A stretch of DNA of 64,000 nt from Eledone cirrhosa (taxonomy: Eukaryota): positions 65,038,001 through 65,102,000 of the forward strand of contig OZ024743.1 in NCBI GenBank assembly GCA_964016885.1. The letters run 5' to 3'. Positions within the stretch are counted from its first letter, which is position 1. Each line of letters begins with the position of its first letter. Shown in pieces: positions 13,597-27,066 of this stretch. The notes beneath the pieces are model-generated. The model was not told where the DNA came from. It made no database searches and worked only from the letters and a program-made list of their open reading frames with translations. A program made the position numbers and the translations under genes.

Positions 13597-14000
13597 AAAG
13601 GATGACTGTATGACACCTGTGTGTAAAGTGTGATGGTGCATGGGAGTGAAACATGGGCAGTGACTGCAGAAGACATGCGTAGACTGGAAAGAAATGAAGC
13701 AGCCACGCTTCATTGGATGTGCAATGTAAGTGTGAGACAAAGGCAGAGCTTGGATGAACTGCGGGAGAAACTGGGTTTAAGAGGAATCTAAGGTGGTGAG
13801 CAGGAGAGAAGACTGCATTGGTATGGACATGTGATGCAAATGGATGATGACTGATGGGTGAAGAAGTGCTAGGAAATGCCAGTGGAAGGAAGCTGCAGTA
13901 GGGGTAGACCAGGAAAGACCTGGTGAGACTCATAGAGAAGGACCCGTCCAACCCATGAAAGTGTGGAAAAACGGACATGAAACAATCACCATTTCCATCA
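13597..14000 (+). mobile_element. RTE LINE 3' fragment
   Basis: HGSETWAVTAEDMRRLERNEA; RLHWYGHV. Confidence 0.8.
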
Positions 14001-15158
14001 TCATCCTTTAACATCTATTTTCCCTGATTGCACGGTTTGTTATGTTCTGTGATTTTGTTCATTTGCTATATGTTGCTAATTATGCTTTCCATAATTTTCT
14101 GGTAGGATGTCTTTCTTATCACCAACCATTTCACTGCATGGACTGGGTGATTATTCAAGCCACGAGCACTAGAGAGGTTATCTGGCAGGACTTAAGGGTC
14201 CTCTGTATCCTGTGTCAGTTTTTCTTTTTTCAGAACGACTGTTCTCCTAGACGAGTTGCATTTACTACGACTTACAGTGCCCACATCTGCCTTGTGCAGT
14301 CTTATCTGTTTTTATGAGAAAAAAAGAGAGATTGTGTATGTGTGTTAGTAAGAATATATTAGTGTTTGTGTGAGAGAGAGAGAGAGAAAGAGATCATCAT
14401 CATCATCACTGCTTAATGTCTATTTTCCACGTAGTATGAGTTAAGATGAGTTGTCCTGTTCTGAGACAAGTCAGATCAGGTGACAATGTCTTGTTGATAC
14501 AGAACTGATTCTGGCTTGGTTCCTACGGCTGGATGCCCTTCCTAATACCAACCACATTTACAGTGTGGACTGGGTGCTTTTTACTGTGGAAACAAAATGA
14601 CCACTTTACAGTGTGGACTAGACATTTTATGTCATGTCACTCAGAAGACCAAGTGACAGTTTGAACTGGGCTCTTTTTTGCCGTGACACCAACATGACCA
14701 CTTTACAGTGTGGGCTGGGCACTTTTTGTCATGTGACCAACACAGCCACTTTACAGTGTGGGTGCATGAGGAATAGTGAGGTAGATCTAGGGACATGTGA
14801 TTTATGAGTGCATGTGTGTGTAGTGAACATGTGGAAGGAAAGCGTATGAGTGTTTGTATGAAATTCAAGCTAGAAGTTGATATTATTCAATTTGTGTTAG
14901 CTGTGGAAAAATGGACATTAAACGGTGATGATGATGATGATAATTGTTTCTACTTTAGGCACAAGGCCAGCAATTACCCAGTGCATTACTGGTACTTTAT
15001 TTTTATCGACCCCGTAAGGATGAAAGGCAAAGTCAACCTCGGCTGGATTTGAACTCAGATCGTAAAGGGACGTAACTATGCTGGAAAGCATGGCGTCCGA
15101 CCCTCTACCAATACTGCCAATCCACCGATAATGATGTTCAAACAGTAGCAGCATATAC

Positions 15159-15365
15159 CTGAGTCAGAGCTGGTAACCAATGAGGCATTTTCTGGTGAAC
15201 CATCTGAGCCGCCTGAACAATATTATCATTGGTGGAGTAGAGGGATGCTGAGATCGGAGTTGGCCCATGAAGATAGCGTTCCATTTTTGTCAAACTCAAT
15301 GAAGTCGCAGAAGAACTGGTTTCTTTCTCAAGGTCCGTGTACTGAATCTTCTCCAGGATTCGAGC
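15159..15365 (-). CDS. GTF2H1: TFIIH p62 coding exon 7
   Basis: ARILEKIQYTDL...LSLTKMERYLHGPTP...WLPALTQ; 207 nt. Confidence 0.92.
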
Positions 15366-16926
15366 CTGAAAATAATAATTTATAAACAATGTATGAAGCT
15401 GAATTTTCAGTTTTTAAGTGCTGAGAATATATATATATATATATGAATAAACATTGCCCACAACAGGACAACCCGTCTAACCCATGCTAGCGTGGAAGAA
15501 TGGACGTAAAACGGTGATAATTATTTTCTCTGATCGAGTCGAAGCAAGAGTGTATTGGAATTCTATATTTCATCTGCCTGGTGGATTGTCTCCCTGTCTA
15601 CCACTGGCCAGTCCTCTGAGACATCTTTGTTCATTGCTGTCTTTGACAATATTTGGTACTTAATTCTAAACTGAATACACATGGCCTTATGGGCTAAAAG
15701 TTGCAACGTGTGTGATTCACCGTAGCCACAACCAAAGTAAATGAAACCTAGAAAGTAAGAACCAGTTGACAGAAGGATGTTAAGATAATATGGCCCTCAA
15801 ACAGCAAATTTCTTGAGATTTGTGGTTCCAAATGTTGGTGCTTCTAAAATTGAGGGCATTTGGATTATTTAAGGGGACATTACAAGTACGTCTTCCTACA
15901 GTGTTACAGGAATCTAGTTTGGTTGGGTAATGTCATATGGGGTAATATCAATGGAGTGGTGTGTAGGGCTTAATGTACATCATCATTATTTTTACATCCA
16001 CCCAGTACACTCTGTAAAGTGGGTGGTGATAGAAAGGGCTCCCAGCCATGGAAAACCTACCAAACAAAGGGATGGGAGGATTCGTCAAAGATATGACAAA
16101 CTCCCTCATGCATGTTATGATAAAATGCACTGGTAGAGCATGGGAACTCTTTTGTAAGCGTTGATGTGGGCTCCCAGCCTGCCTAAGCTCCTGATCCAGT
16201 GCAGGAACCTGGCCCATCTGAGGTCAGTAGCTCTGCTTCAGTAGACTTGTCAGCAATGAGCCTTCCAATCTTAGCTAGCAAGGAAAATCAACGTTAAAAG
16301 ATGATTTTTTGTGTTGGCATGGGTTGGATGAAACCTTTTGAGGAAACCAGTTGCCTTACAATTCTTAACATAACGTTGAAAATATATAAAATTGGAAATG
16401 AAAACATCTATACTGAACTGAGGGAAAATCTGTGAATCTAAAGATATTAAACTCTGACTATAGCTTTAGAGTTATACCTGTAATTACTGGGGCACTAACT
16501 TTTTACAGCTGGATACTCTTCCTGACACCAACCCTTTTAGTTGCTTCATACGTGTAGGTCTCATGACAAAAAGCACCCAGTTAACACTGTAAAGTGGTCA
16601 TGTAGATGTCACGACAAAAAGTGTCCAGTCGACACTGTAAAGTAGTCGTGTTAGTGTCACGACAAAAAGCACCCAGTACACACTTTAAATGGGGTTGGCT
16701 TGAGCAAGACACAGACACCTGATCTGACTTGACTCACAATGGGATAGCTTGTCTAACTGATGCTAGCGTGGAAAAATGGATGTGAAGCTGTGATGATGAT
16801 CATAATACGACAATCATGGATATGGTATACCTATTCTAAAAACTGGGATATACACGGTAAAATGGCAGATTAAAAAATAAAGACAAATGGGGATTCACTG
16901 GTTTTGAGAAAAAATAATCTACTGAG

Positions 16927-17420
16927 GATAACCAAACTTGCTATCTTCAATTTGATATTCATAGCAACTCTTACCTATGGTCACGAATCTTGGGTAATGA
17001 CCAAAAGAATACAATCGCGAATACAAGTGGTCGAATTGGGGTTCCTCTGAAGGGTCTTTGGAGTAACGCTACTCGATAGAGTGCGTAGCTCATAGATCAT
17101 AGAATGACTCCATGTAGAGCCGGTACTTTTCCGAATTAAGAAATCACAGCTCCGATACTACGGGCATGTGGTTAGAATGTCTCAGGAAAGAATTGCTGGA
17201 CAGATTTTACAGGTAAAACCAATCAGCAAGAAACCCAGAGGTAGGCTCCCGAGCAAGATGGTTGGATAACATCCACGAGCTTGGCTGGTCTTACTTGGGG
17301 ATCCAGCCAGATCAGTTAGAGAAAGTTGCTTGTGACAGGACCTGCTGGAAGGAGGGTTTGAAGACTGTGCCCCCACGACCCTCTCAGGAATAAGTGGGTC
17401 AAGAAGACGACGACGAAGGA
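16927..17420 (+). mobile_element. Second RTE-type LINE family 3' fragment (shorter copies near 10915-11165, 21720-22020, 32920-33200, 44420-44615, 49820-50170)
   Basis: TLTYGHESWVMT, SQLRYYGHVVRM, PRGR; simple-repeat tail. Confidence 0.8.
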
Positions 17421-17452
17421 GGATGAGGATACAGTGTCTTTGATATACATAC

Positions 17453-17692
17453 CTTCTTTTCAGCTGGTTGGCCACTAGTATTAGAAGGGGTCAGTTTTGA
17501 TTTACTGGCAGACTGGTCACTGCCGTTAAGGCTAGTTGAAGGGACATCACCGGAGGCATTAGCTGCTGTCTCCCGCGGTTGTGCTTGGCAAGTTTTGAGC
17601 ACCATTGTGGAGTGGTAGTTGAAGCGCCGTATTATTGAAAGGTTAGCCAGATTTGTGCTGGCCTGGTTCTCCTCATTCATGGCACCGTAACC
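17453..17692 (-). CDS. GTF2H1: TFIIH p62 coding exon 6
   Basis: GYG...NLSIIRRFNYHSTMVL...PAEKK; 240 nt. Confidence 0.92.
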
Positions 17693-18456
17693 CTAGGAAG
17701 AAATAAAATACACATGACAAACAATGATACAGAAAACAAAATATCAAAAGTTATGTATGATGTTCCCGTTACTTTGTAACAGGTTTCTATTTCAGTTTAA
17801 AAACCCCGGAACCTTTCATTTACTCTCTTGTTGACCCCCCCCCTCCACTCCTTAAATAGCAGCCAATGGGGAAGCCTCTAAGTGAAGTTTTTTCAGAGAT
17901 ATCTACTATTACTACTGCCACCATTACAAACACTGCTGCCATCACCACTAACACTGTTGCTACTATTACCCCCATCACTACAGTCACTAATGATGTCGAT
18001 AATAATGATTTCTACTTTAGGCGCAAGTCCAGTCATTTTTTAGGAGAAAGAGAAAGTCGATTAAATCAACCCCACTGTGTTACTGGTACTTTATTTTATC
18101 GACCTCATAAGGATGAAAGGCAAAGCTAACCTTGACGGGATTTGAACTCAGAACGTAAAGGGATGTAACTATATGCTTCAAAGCATATTGTCCGATACTC
18201 TACTGATACTGCCAATCCACCGCCCAATGATGTTGATAATAATTGTTTCTATTTTAGGCATAAGGCCAGCAATTACCCAGTACATTACTGGTACTTTATC
18301 TCATCGACCCCGTAAGGATGAGAGGCAAAGTTAACCTCGGCGGGATTTGAACTCAGATCATAAAGGGACGTAACTCTATGCTTCAAAGCATGGTGTCCGA
18401 CTCTACCGATACTGCCAATCCACCGCCCAATGATGTTGATAATAATAAAAACTTAC

Positions 18457-18536
18457 CTCGCCTAAGGATGTATCTTTGATCTGAGTTAGGTCCAAGAACA
18501 GATTGCTTACATTACGATCAATGTCTTGTTTGATCT
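18457..18536 (-). CDS. GTF2H1: TFIIH p62 coding exon 5
   Basis: EIKQDIDRNVSNLFLDLTQIKDTSLGE; 80 nt, phase 1 to 0, gtaagt donor. Confidence 0.9.
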
Positions 18537-18688
18537 CTGGGAAAATTAAATAAACAGATATATATTTATTTCCAATGTTAAGATCATTGATTTCTGACAA
18601 GAAAAATAACGCTTTCCACCGCCAACCACTTCACACTGCACATTGGGGAATAATAAAAACATTTTACAACCAACTGGGAAAAAATAAG

Positions 18689-19040
18689 ACTTTCCACCAC
18701 ACATTGGGAAGAAATAGAAACTTTCCACCACACATTGGGAAGAAATAGAAACTTTCCACCACACATTGGGAAGAAATAGAAACTTTCCACCACATACTGG
18801 GAAGAAATAGAAACTTTCCACCACATATTGGGAAGAAATAGAAACTTTCCACCACATATTGGGAAGAAATAGAAACTTTCCACCACACATTGGGAAGAAA
18901 TAGAAACTTTCCACCACACATTGGGAAGAAATAGAAACTTTCCACCACATATTGGGAAGAAATAGACACTTTCCACCACATATTGGGAAGAAATAGAAAC
19001 TTTCTACCACATATTGGGAAGAAATAGAAACTTTCCACCA
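18689..19040. repeat. 31-bp minisatellite, about 11 copies
   Basis: CTTTCCACCACA(C/T)ATTGGGAAGAAATAGAAA. Confidence 0.95.
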
Positions 19041-19364
19041 TGCACTGAGGTGGCACTTTTGGGTATGTTGTATATATTTTAGTACATGGTGGTGGTGGCA
19101 GGGTATTGGTGTGGGGGACAGACTCAATGGCTACCCTAGGTAGCACACACACACTCTAGCTGACTTGCCACCACACACACAGGAGAAAAATATGAATTTC
19201 TGCCACACATTGGTGGGGGAAAATAAGACTTTTAACCAGCTATTGCTAGATTATGGAAGCTTGTGTGTGAGAAGCATAAGATGTCTCAAACAAAAGGATT
19301 TACATGCATGTTCTACCATAGTTAAAAATATACAAAAAGAAATTTGTAAGAAATTCCAGCTTAC

Positions 19365-19514
19365 CATCTTCATCATTTTTAGCACATTCTGAGAAAAGGT
19401 CTTTATTACCAATGTTGATGCGATCTCGGTGGAAGTAATGGGACTGGAAAAACTTGGTCCAAAATTCATTTTCTGAGGTTTTATGAGGGACATTTTCAGC
19501 ATGTTTCTTCTTAA
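19365..19514 (-). CDS. GTF2H1: TFIIH p62 coding exon 4 (BSD domain 2)
   Basis: [32 protein letters not shown]; 150 nt, AG/GT. Confidence 0.95.
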
Positions 19515-20735
19515 CTGCAAATAAAATATACAAAGGATTCAACATCCTTTCAAAAAGTGTTGTCTATGTATTTGTTTCTTCACACACACACTCATACTCT
19601 AGGGTTACAAATAATTTTGGGGTAGTTTGAAAAATTGATAATTTTTCTAGGTGATTTTTTTTAAAACCAGAATTAGTAATTTAGTTTACATATTGAGACC
19701 CCCCCAACCCATCCTATTTATTTTATATTCTATGGGATTTTTTGTAATGTACTATTTTTGCCATGTATGTTTTTTAATATATAAAGAAAATTAATTGTCG
19801 CAGGAATGTTACCACTTAAAATAAAATTTTGCCAGAGATAGAGTAGTAAAATTTAATAAGCGGGAAGGGACATACACACACACACAATTATTTGAGACTG
19901 AGGGTACATGAGTACAAACATAGCTATATCTTTATAGAATTCAATTTGCAGTCAGAGGGTTCTGGGTTTGAATCCACTACCTGGCACCCAGGGCAAGTGT
20001 TTTCTACTACAGACAGCCCTAGGTTAATCAAGACTTTTTTTATTGAAATTTGGCCAAAGGAAACTATACAAAGCACAATATATATGTGTATATCATCTTC
20101 ATTATCACATCCGTTCTTCCACACTCGCATGGGTTGGAAAGGTCCTTCTCAGCACAGCATCTCTCCACTCGCCATGTTTCTTTGTCATATCCTTTGTGAG
20201 TCTCAGTGATTTGAGGTCAGCTCTCACCACCTCTGCCTAGGTCTTTCTTGGTTACCTGTATAAGGCAGCAAATTAGCAGAGTTGTTTGAATGTCAGATAA
20301 AATGCTCCATGGTATTTGTTCTGGCTCTCTGCTCTGGGTTCAAATAAAGCTAATAATAAAACAAAAATGCCTGGAAAAGTCTGTGTAGCTTGTGGCCATT
20401 GACTTGTAGTGATTAATGGTATTTAAAACCAGGCTTGAGTATTTTAAACTCACCCTTCTCTAGGTCTTAATACAACTGATTTTTTTCAAAGAAGAAAAGA
20501 GAGAGAAATTTAGAGGAAGAATCAACCCCAGTACTGGACTGGTACTTGTTTTATCTACCTCAAAAGGATGAAAGGGAAAATTGACTATAGCAGGATTTGA
20601 ACTTAGAGAGCTGGAATAAACAGCGCAAAGCATTCTACCTGCCGTTCTAACAACTCTGTCAATTCACTGCCCCTATGTGAATGCATATAAAAAATAAATA
20701 AACAGGTAAATAATAATGAAAAACACTAAGCTCAC

Positions 20736-20986
20736 CCATTGGATAAGTCTTAAATATAGATTCAATAACATCAGGTGTAAGGTTATATCTGAGCCCATTA
20801 CATCCATCAGTTTGTGCTTTGATATCAGCTAGAAATGCAGCAGAAACACCAACAGTTTGATTCTTATCATTATTAGAATTAGAAAATTTTGCTGAATGGT
20901 TAGCCCAAAATTCTTCAGCAGACATCAGCTGGCTAACAACAAGATCTTTGTAGAGCTGGAAGAGTTTGGGATCTTCTTGCAAAAGT
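20736..20986 (-). CDS. GTF2H1: TFIIH p62 coding exon 3 (BSD domain)
   Basis: [29 protein letters not shown]...[23 protein letters not shown]; AG/GT. Confidence 0.96.
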
Positions 20987-22166
20987 CTGAAAGACAAATA
21001 AAAAGAAAACATCTTCATGATAAAAATATAATCTTTGTTGATTAACCCATTAGCAGTTATGATACACAACTGCTCATTTTAAAAATGTTCAAAACTCTTT
21101 TAAAACCTTCCATCATAATTTTATTTAAAGACATTTTTGTTAAGTAATGTTTTAAACATCAACTTACTAATTAAAACTTTAATTATCTCATTAACCTTTT
21201 AGCTCTGGTTCTATGAAATAAAACAACCCATTTTAAAGGTTTTCTAATTTGTATCAAAATCTTCCAACATAATTTTATATAAAAACCTTACATTAAATTA
21301 CTATCTTAGTAATGAAATAATTAATAATTTTAGTAAATCTCTCAAATTTTTTCATTAATCAATGTAGAGTGTATTTCATTAGAAATGCAGTTACGAAAGG
21401 GTCAAGGACTACCTGTATATAGCAAACCTGTTACACAATATACAGAGAGCTTTATAGGAAATTGAAATAATTTTCTGCCTTTATTAATAATCACCACTGT
21501 TTGTTACTAATGTCTACATGAGGACTGAGAAATAAAGATGTTACTAGAAATTATCTGTACATATATTATAGTAGTATTTCTTTGATGAAGTAAATTCTGT
21601 TCTCTTTACACAGTGATTGTACAAATTAAACTGCACCACAGGCAACAGTGTAATTCATGAAAAATCATCATCATCATATAATCATGATTTATAATGAAAT
21701 ATACTGCTTGTGTTTTAGTTATTCTTCTTCTTTGTCAACTTATTCCTGAGAAGGTCGTTGGGACAGAGTCCTCAAACACTCCTTCTAGTAGGTCTTGCTA
21801 GAAGCAACCGCCTCCGGCTGGATCCCTGAGTGAGTTCTGTTAAGCTCATGGATGTTATTCAACCATCTTGCACGGGGTCTGTCTCTGGGCTTCCTGCTGG
21901 TTGTAAAATCTATCCAGAGATTTTTTACTGAGACATTCTAACCTCATGCTCATAGTATCGGAGCTGTGATCATTCAATTTGGAGAGCTCTACCTGGAGTG
22001 ACTCTTTGATCTACACATTCTATATGTTTCAGTTAAATTTGAAAATTATATGAGGTAACTGAAGTTTATATTAGTAAATACAGTAACAAAAGGGTCATGT
22101 ATTTACAGAACTCAACAAATTAAGAATTCTTCATTAATAGTTGGTCAATAATTTGTGTTCACTTAC

Positions 22167-22368
22167 TTATTTTTCTCTTCCAATTCGCTGTTAACCTTCT
22201 GTCGAAACTGTGGTAATAACTGCTGTAGAAGTTCTTTAATAGCATCCCTGTCCCTAATTTGGGCTTCTCGGCCCTGTGAATGGTTGAAGTGGAACGTATT
22301 GGCAGTACCATCGTGCATCAAAATTTGTAGCTGAACTTTCTCTTTAGAACCTGGCGAAATTTTTTGTA
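22167..22368 (-). CDS. GTF2H1: TFIIH p62 coding exon 2
   Basis: VQKISPGSKEKVQLQILMHDG...RDAIKELLQQLLPQFRQKVNSELEEKN; AG/GT boundaries, phase 1 to 2. Confidence 0.95.
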
Positions 22369-22636
22369 CTGAGAAAATACAAAAAAGAAAAAGATTAATA
22401 CAAACTATTAAAGAAACTATACATAAAATAAAATTCTTTTATTATAAACCCCACTGGAATGACTAATCAAGCAAAAGACTCTTCAGACTAATTTTTTTAT
22501 CATAGTTAACTTCATGATTAGAACATGTGTGTGCATTTGCAAGTGTAGAAAAAAGGACATAAAAATGATGATGATATATATATATATATAGAATCATGAA
22601 GTACAAGGTTATAATTCCTTTTGTTTATTCATAGTC

Positions 22637-22695
22637 ACTGTTATATATATTTCGGTGATAACCGTTATGCAACAGTTATGACCTCATCAGTCAGC
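22637..22695 (-). ncRNA. Hammerhead ribozyme motif (family 2)
   Basis: Reverse complement: GCTGa-CTGATGA-GGTcATAACTGTT-gcat-AACGGTTATcACC-GAA-ATATATAT-A|aCAGT; AATAAA follows. Confidence 0.75.
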
Positions 22696-23612
22696 TAGAA
22701 GTTGAACAGAAAAAACAGAGAAACATACAGAAGAAATAAAGCTTACTTTTGTTGTTTTGATTCATTGATATACCCCGGGCTGATATTTGGTGTTGCTCTC
22801 TCAAAGCACCGGTGACATATATATCCATGTATTATTAAAGGATGTGTAGCAAGCTACTTTCCTTTGGCGCATTGATACTCCGTTCATGCGTGCTTTGGCT
22901 AAGTCAGGCCAATCGTCATCCGCGCACGGATATGTATTTTCAACTTCCGCCCAAACCGAGACTTTCCCACTTCTTTTAACAAACTAATCCTCTTTGCACG
23001 TCAACGCTGGTAAGGTAAACACCAGTTCTTATTTTGCTCCGTATACATTGACCAATATGTAACCAACAAAATAACCACTAGACCGTGCCTTCTCTTGCAA
23101 TCTTAATTTGTTTGGCATGCCACCTCTACTCACTTCAACCTCTGTTAATAAATCATATAAAAACATTGTAAAGTCTTGTGATGCTATTTACCACAGCCAT
23201 ACCTTTAAATATGATATGGAAAGATTCTTTCCATAGTTATATTCACAGCAGCCAATAGCACCTGAGACTTACAGCCGAAACCTCAATTCAACTTACATTT
23301 ATTGATATAACAAACCATACCTTACCAATTACATAACAAATACATTGTTGTTACATATTGGTGAACGCTATTGATACATACATAATACAAACAATACTAA
23401 ATATTATCATTCTCGTTAATATAATTTTGAATACTTCTAAAGATGTGTAAATAGGTACTCAATACCAATGTTGAGTTTAAATATTCACCAGATAGCCATT
23501 AATTGAATATTTAAACTCGACTTTGTATAAAATCTATTTTTATAATATTCTTAATAAACATAAAATAATAGATAGGTATGAAAAATTAAAGACAATTTTT
23601 ATATCTTCTCAC

Positions 23613-23766
23613 CTTTAATATCTGAATATGGATGGCTAATACTAAACGAATTTTTGTGCACTTGCATCCAGGCGAGGCGTTCCCCCATCAAATAAAGTGA
23701 ACCGTCCATCTTCTTGTGGCGAACATGGTTTACGATCAACAGAACCTCTTCTGATGTCTTTGCCAT
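23613..23766 (-). CDS. GTF2H1: TFIIH p62 coding exon 1 (PH domain start)
   Basis: [33 protein letters not shown]...YSDIK resembles human [33 protein letters not shown]; acceptor ttttgctttcag-like tract ending at 23789, donor gtgag; 154 nt. Confidence 0.95.
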
Positions 23767-24146
23767 CCCGCCTACTCTTGATTGTCATCTGAAAGCAGAA
23801 GAAAAAAATAAGAAATATTTGTTGTAAGATACATGGCAATTTATTTTTGACAATACAAGGAAATTCTGAAGGCAAAAGAACAAATGTTTGAGGCTAATTT
23901 TAGCAATTTAAAAGACTATGATCTTTTTCAACACATTGATGTGTATGTGTGTATATGCATACATTTATATGTCTGAATATATAAATATAAACGCGCAAAC
24001 ACAGACAAACTTACAAAAATACACTTACAGACATACATTAACACAAATACACATACATTTACACAAACACAGCATAGGAAATGGAATGCCAGCTGCTGTT
24101 TTGCTATAGTTTTTTTCACCATCCCCTTCCTTCTTTTTACACATAC

Positions 24147-24792
24147 ATAAGTGAGAAATTAGGAACAAGAGGGATCAGATGCTGTTTACTCAAGAGAAGA
24201 TTACGTTGGTATGGTCACGTGATGTGCATGAAAGATGACAGCTGCATAAAAATGTGCAGGGCGATCAAAATTGATGGAAGTTACAGAGTAGGCAGACCCA
24301 GAAAAACCTGGGACGATTTGATAAATTCCGACCTTACACACACCTCTCTAAGACAATGTCACTAGACCGAGATCTTTGGCGGCACGCAGTAATACAGAAG
24401 ACCCGCCTTGCCTATGTACGAAGCGAAACCTACAGTCAATAGGCACCTCTTAACCAAATATACACCCCACCCTCCCACTCTCACCAACACCACCCTTTCT
24501 CTGTAAAGTTATGTTGGTACAACATCCAGTCCAAAATAAATGAGGTCGTGTAGGTGTCGCAACAAAAAAAAACACAGTCCACGCTGTAATGTGGCTGTGT
24601 AGGTAACACGATAATAACCTCCCAGTCCACACTGTAAACGTGGTTGGTGTTAGGAAAGGCATCCAGCTGTAGAAAACCTGCCAGACAGTCCTATATGAAC
24701 GAGACACGGTCACCAATCTTGCCTCAAGTGGGACAATTCCCGTCTAAACCCATGCTAGCATGGAAGAAAGACGTTAAATGATGATGATGATG
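24147..24792 (+). mobile_element. RTE LINE 3' end, same family as 55437-56065
   Basis: RRLRWYGHV...GRPRKTW, near-identical 3' UTR, (GAT)n tail. Confidence 0.85.
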
Positions 24793-26336
24793 ACACACAC
24801 ATTGTGTGACAGACGGACGGAAATTGCTCAAATTTATATAATGATAGTGAATTGTTAGAACATCAGATAGAATACTTTGTAGTAATTGTTCCAGCTCTCT
24901 GCACACTGAGTTCAAATCCTATCGAGGTTAACTTTGCCTTTCCTCTTTTTTAAGTTGATAAAGTACTGGGATCGATTCTTCCTTGATCTCTCTTTCTCAC
25001 TTAACTTCCTCTCTATCACTCTCTCTCCTTAACTGTGTTCAGACCTTGAGGGGAGATGGGCTATGCCAAGTTTAAAAATGCCCAAGACACACAGTATATC
25101 ACTACAAACCCCCCATGATTCCACCTGGAGAGTTATTTCTTTTTATTAGTAAGCTGATATTTAGAAAATGACATAAAAGTGTTTAAATTAGAATTATCAT
25201 GGGGGGATTTAATATAAGGTTAACCCTTTAGAATTTACATTACTCTATATTTACTATTGTATTTTCACAGTAAAGGCTTTATCTCACATAATATCGAATC
25301 TATGAGATTTTGATCTTATTTGTTTTGAGAACAATACCTTAACATCAGTATGAGTGGCCAGTTATGGCCAGTTTGAACAGAAAGAGGTGAGAGAGTTCTG
25401 GCCGGTTTAAATGCTAAAGGGTTAAACATTTAAAAAAAATCAGTCTTGTATCATTAATCCAAGGCAATTCCACACAGCAATACAATTTACAGAATATAAC
25501 GGCGGAGTGGGGTGGTGCAATGAAGATTCTTGTAGGTCACTCAATTTGCTAGATATAGCAGCTAAATTTACTTCAAACCACAACTTAGGACATGTTGAAA
25601 AATTTAGTCCTAAATACACTATTGCTGAAAACTAGGTGGAGTGGTCATGTTTAGAACACCTTTGATTAAAGCTCTACTCAATTAGGGTTGACCTGGGGCC
25701 CAAACATTTATAGTCTGTTGGACCAAATGCTTTGTGGTATTTGGTCATGAACCATCAAGGTGAATTTTGTCTACCTTTCATCTTCTTGCGTATGAGTTGG
25801 TCTCGGGTTGTTATTATTTGCCTAATCGATATCAAAGCCCAGTGACCAGTTTCCAGGGCCCACCACAAGGAGGTTGACAAACTCTTCCTTTAAGCTGAGT
25901 TCAATAAAATGAACCCTTTTGATATCAACCTGACTGGTTCAATGAAACAAAACCACACATTATAAAGGGTTCCTATTAAAACTAAAATCTAGTTTCATTT
26001 TATATAAGAACCAGTCATAAAATAATTAATAATTTTAGCAAATCTCTCCAAATTCTTCATTAATTAATTGAAATAATATATAATTAGAAATATGGTAATG
26101 AAACAGTTAAGTACCAGGTAATGTACTGGTGTTGGTATGATTGACTATATATATCATCATCATACACACACACACATATATATATTTATACAAATAATGA
26201 ATCAAAACATATCAAATATGTTAGAATTTTGTGTTTCTCAATAAGCAAGCTCAATAGACTTTATCTAGAGCCATAATAAACCAAATGAAAAAGATATATA
26301 TGTAGGAGTGTTAATATTCATTTTAAGGATGAATAG

Positions 26337-26393
26337 TGAGTCTTGTTACTCGGGAGTTTCACCTGCTTATCACAGGGTCATCAGACATTAGTC
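26337..26393 (-). ncRNA. Hammerhead ribozyme motif (family 1)
   Basis: Reverse complement: TGT-CTGATGA-c-CCTGT-gataa-GCAGG-t-GAAA-CTC-cc-GAG-TA|ACAAGA. Confidence 0.72.
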
Positions 26394-26757
26394 TTAATAA
26401 AATCAATACATCACCATCATTTAACGTCCTTTTTCCACGCTAGTATGGGTTAGACGAGTTGTCCTGTCGACAGACAACCACGTTTTGCTCACACAGTGCT
26501 GATTTCGGCTTGGTCTCTACAACTAGATGCCCCTCCTAACGTCAAACACATTTACAGTATGTGCTGGGTGCTTTTTGTCGTGACACTTACACAACCACTT
26601 TACAGTGTAGACTTATTGTCGTAGCTTCAGGATGGTCACTTTATAGTATGGATTGGGGACTTGGTGTGGGGGGGGGGGGGGATGATGAATTGGGGAGATA
26701 GATATAGGGGTGTATGGGAGGGAAGGTGATGCATACTAGATGTGTTTCAGCTCCTGC

Positions 26758-26794
<37 letters not shown>

Positions 26795-27020
26795 TATGTG
26801 TTTAAATACACACACACACATATATATAGAAATAATTAAGTTAAAAGACATATGTAGAGATAGAGTTAATACTATGTGTTTCTCAAACACGATATATTTC
26901 TCTTTTAACTAGAATTATTGATGCTCTGAAATAAGGACCATTGAGCTTATTTATTGAGAAACATGATGATCATACATATTAAATATGTATTGATACCTTA
27001 ACATAGTATATATATATATA

Positions 27021-27066
27021 GTCTGATGACCCTGTAATAAATAGGTGAAACTTCAGAGTAACAAGA
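27021..27066 (+). ncRNA. Hammerhead ribozyme motif (family 1, 5' stem I truncated by (TA)n)
   Basis: GT-CTGATGA-c-CCTGT-aataa-ATAGG-t-GAAA-CTT-ca-GAG-TA|ACAAGA. Confidence 0.68.

Noticed and set aside
18546-19152. Three overlapping 131-193 aa ORFs
   Set aside because: Artefact of a stop-free 31-bp minisatellite within a GTF2H1 intron
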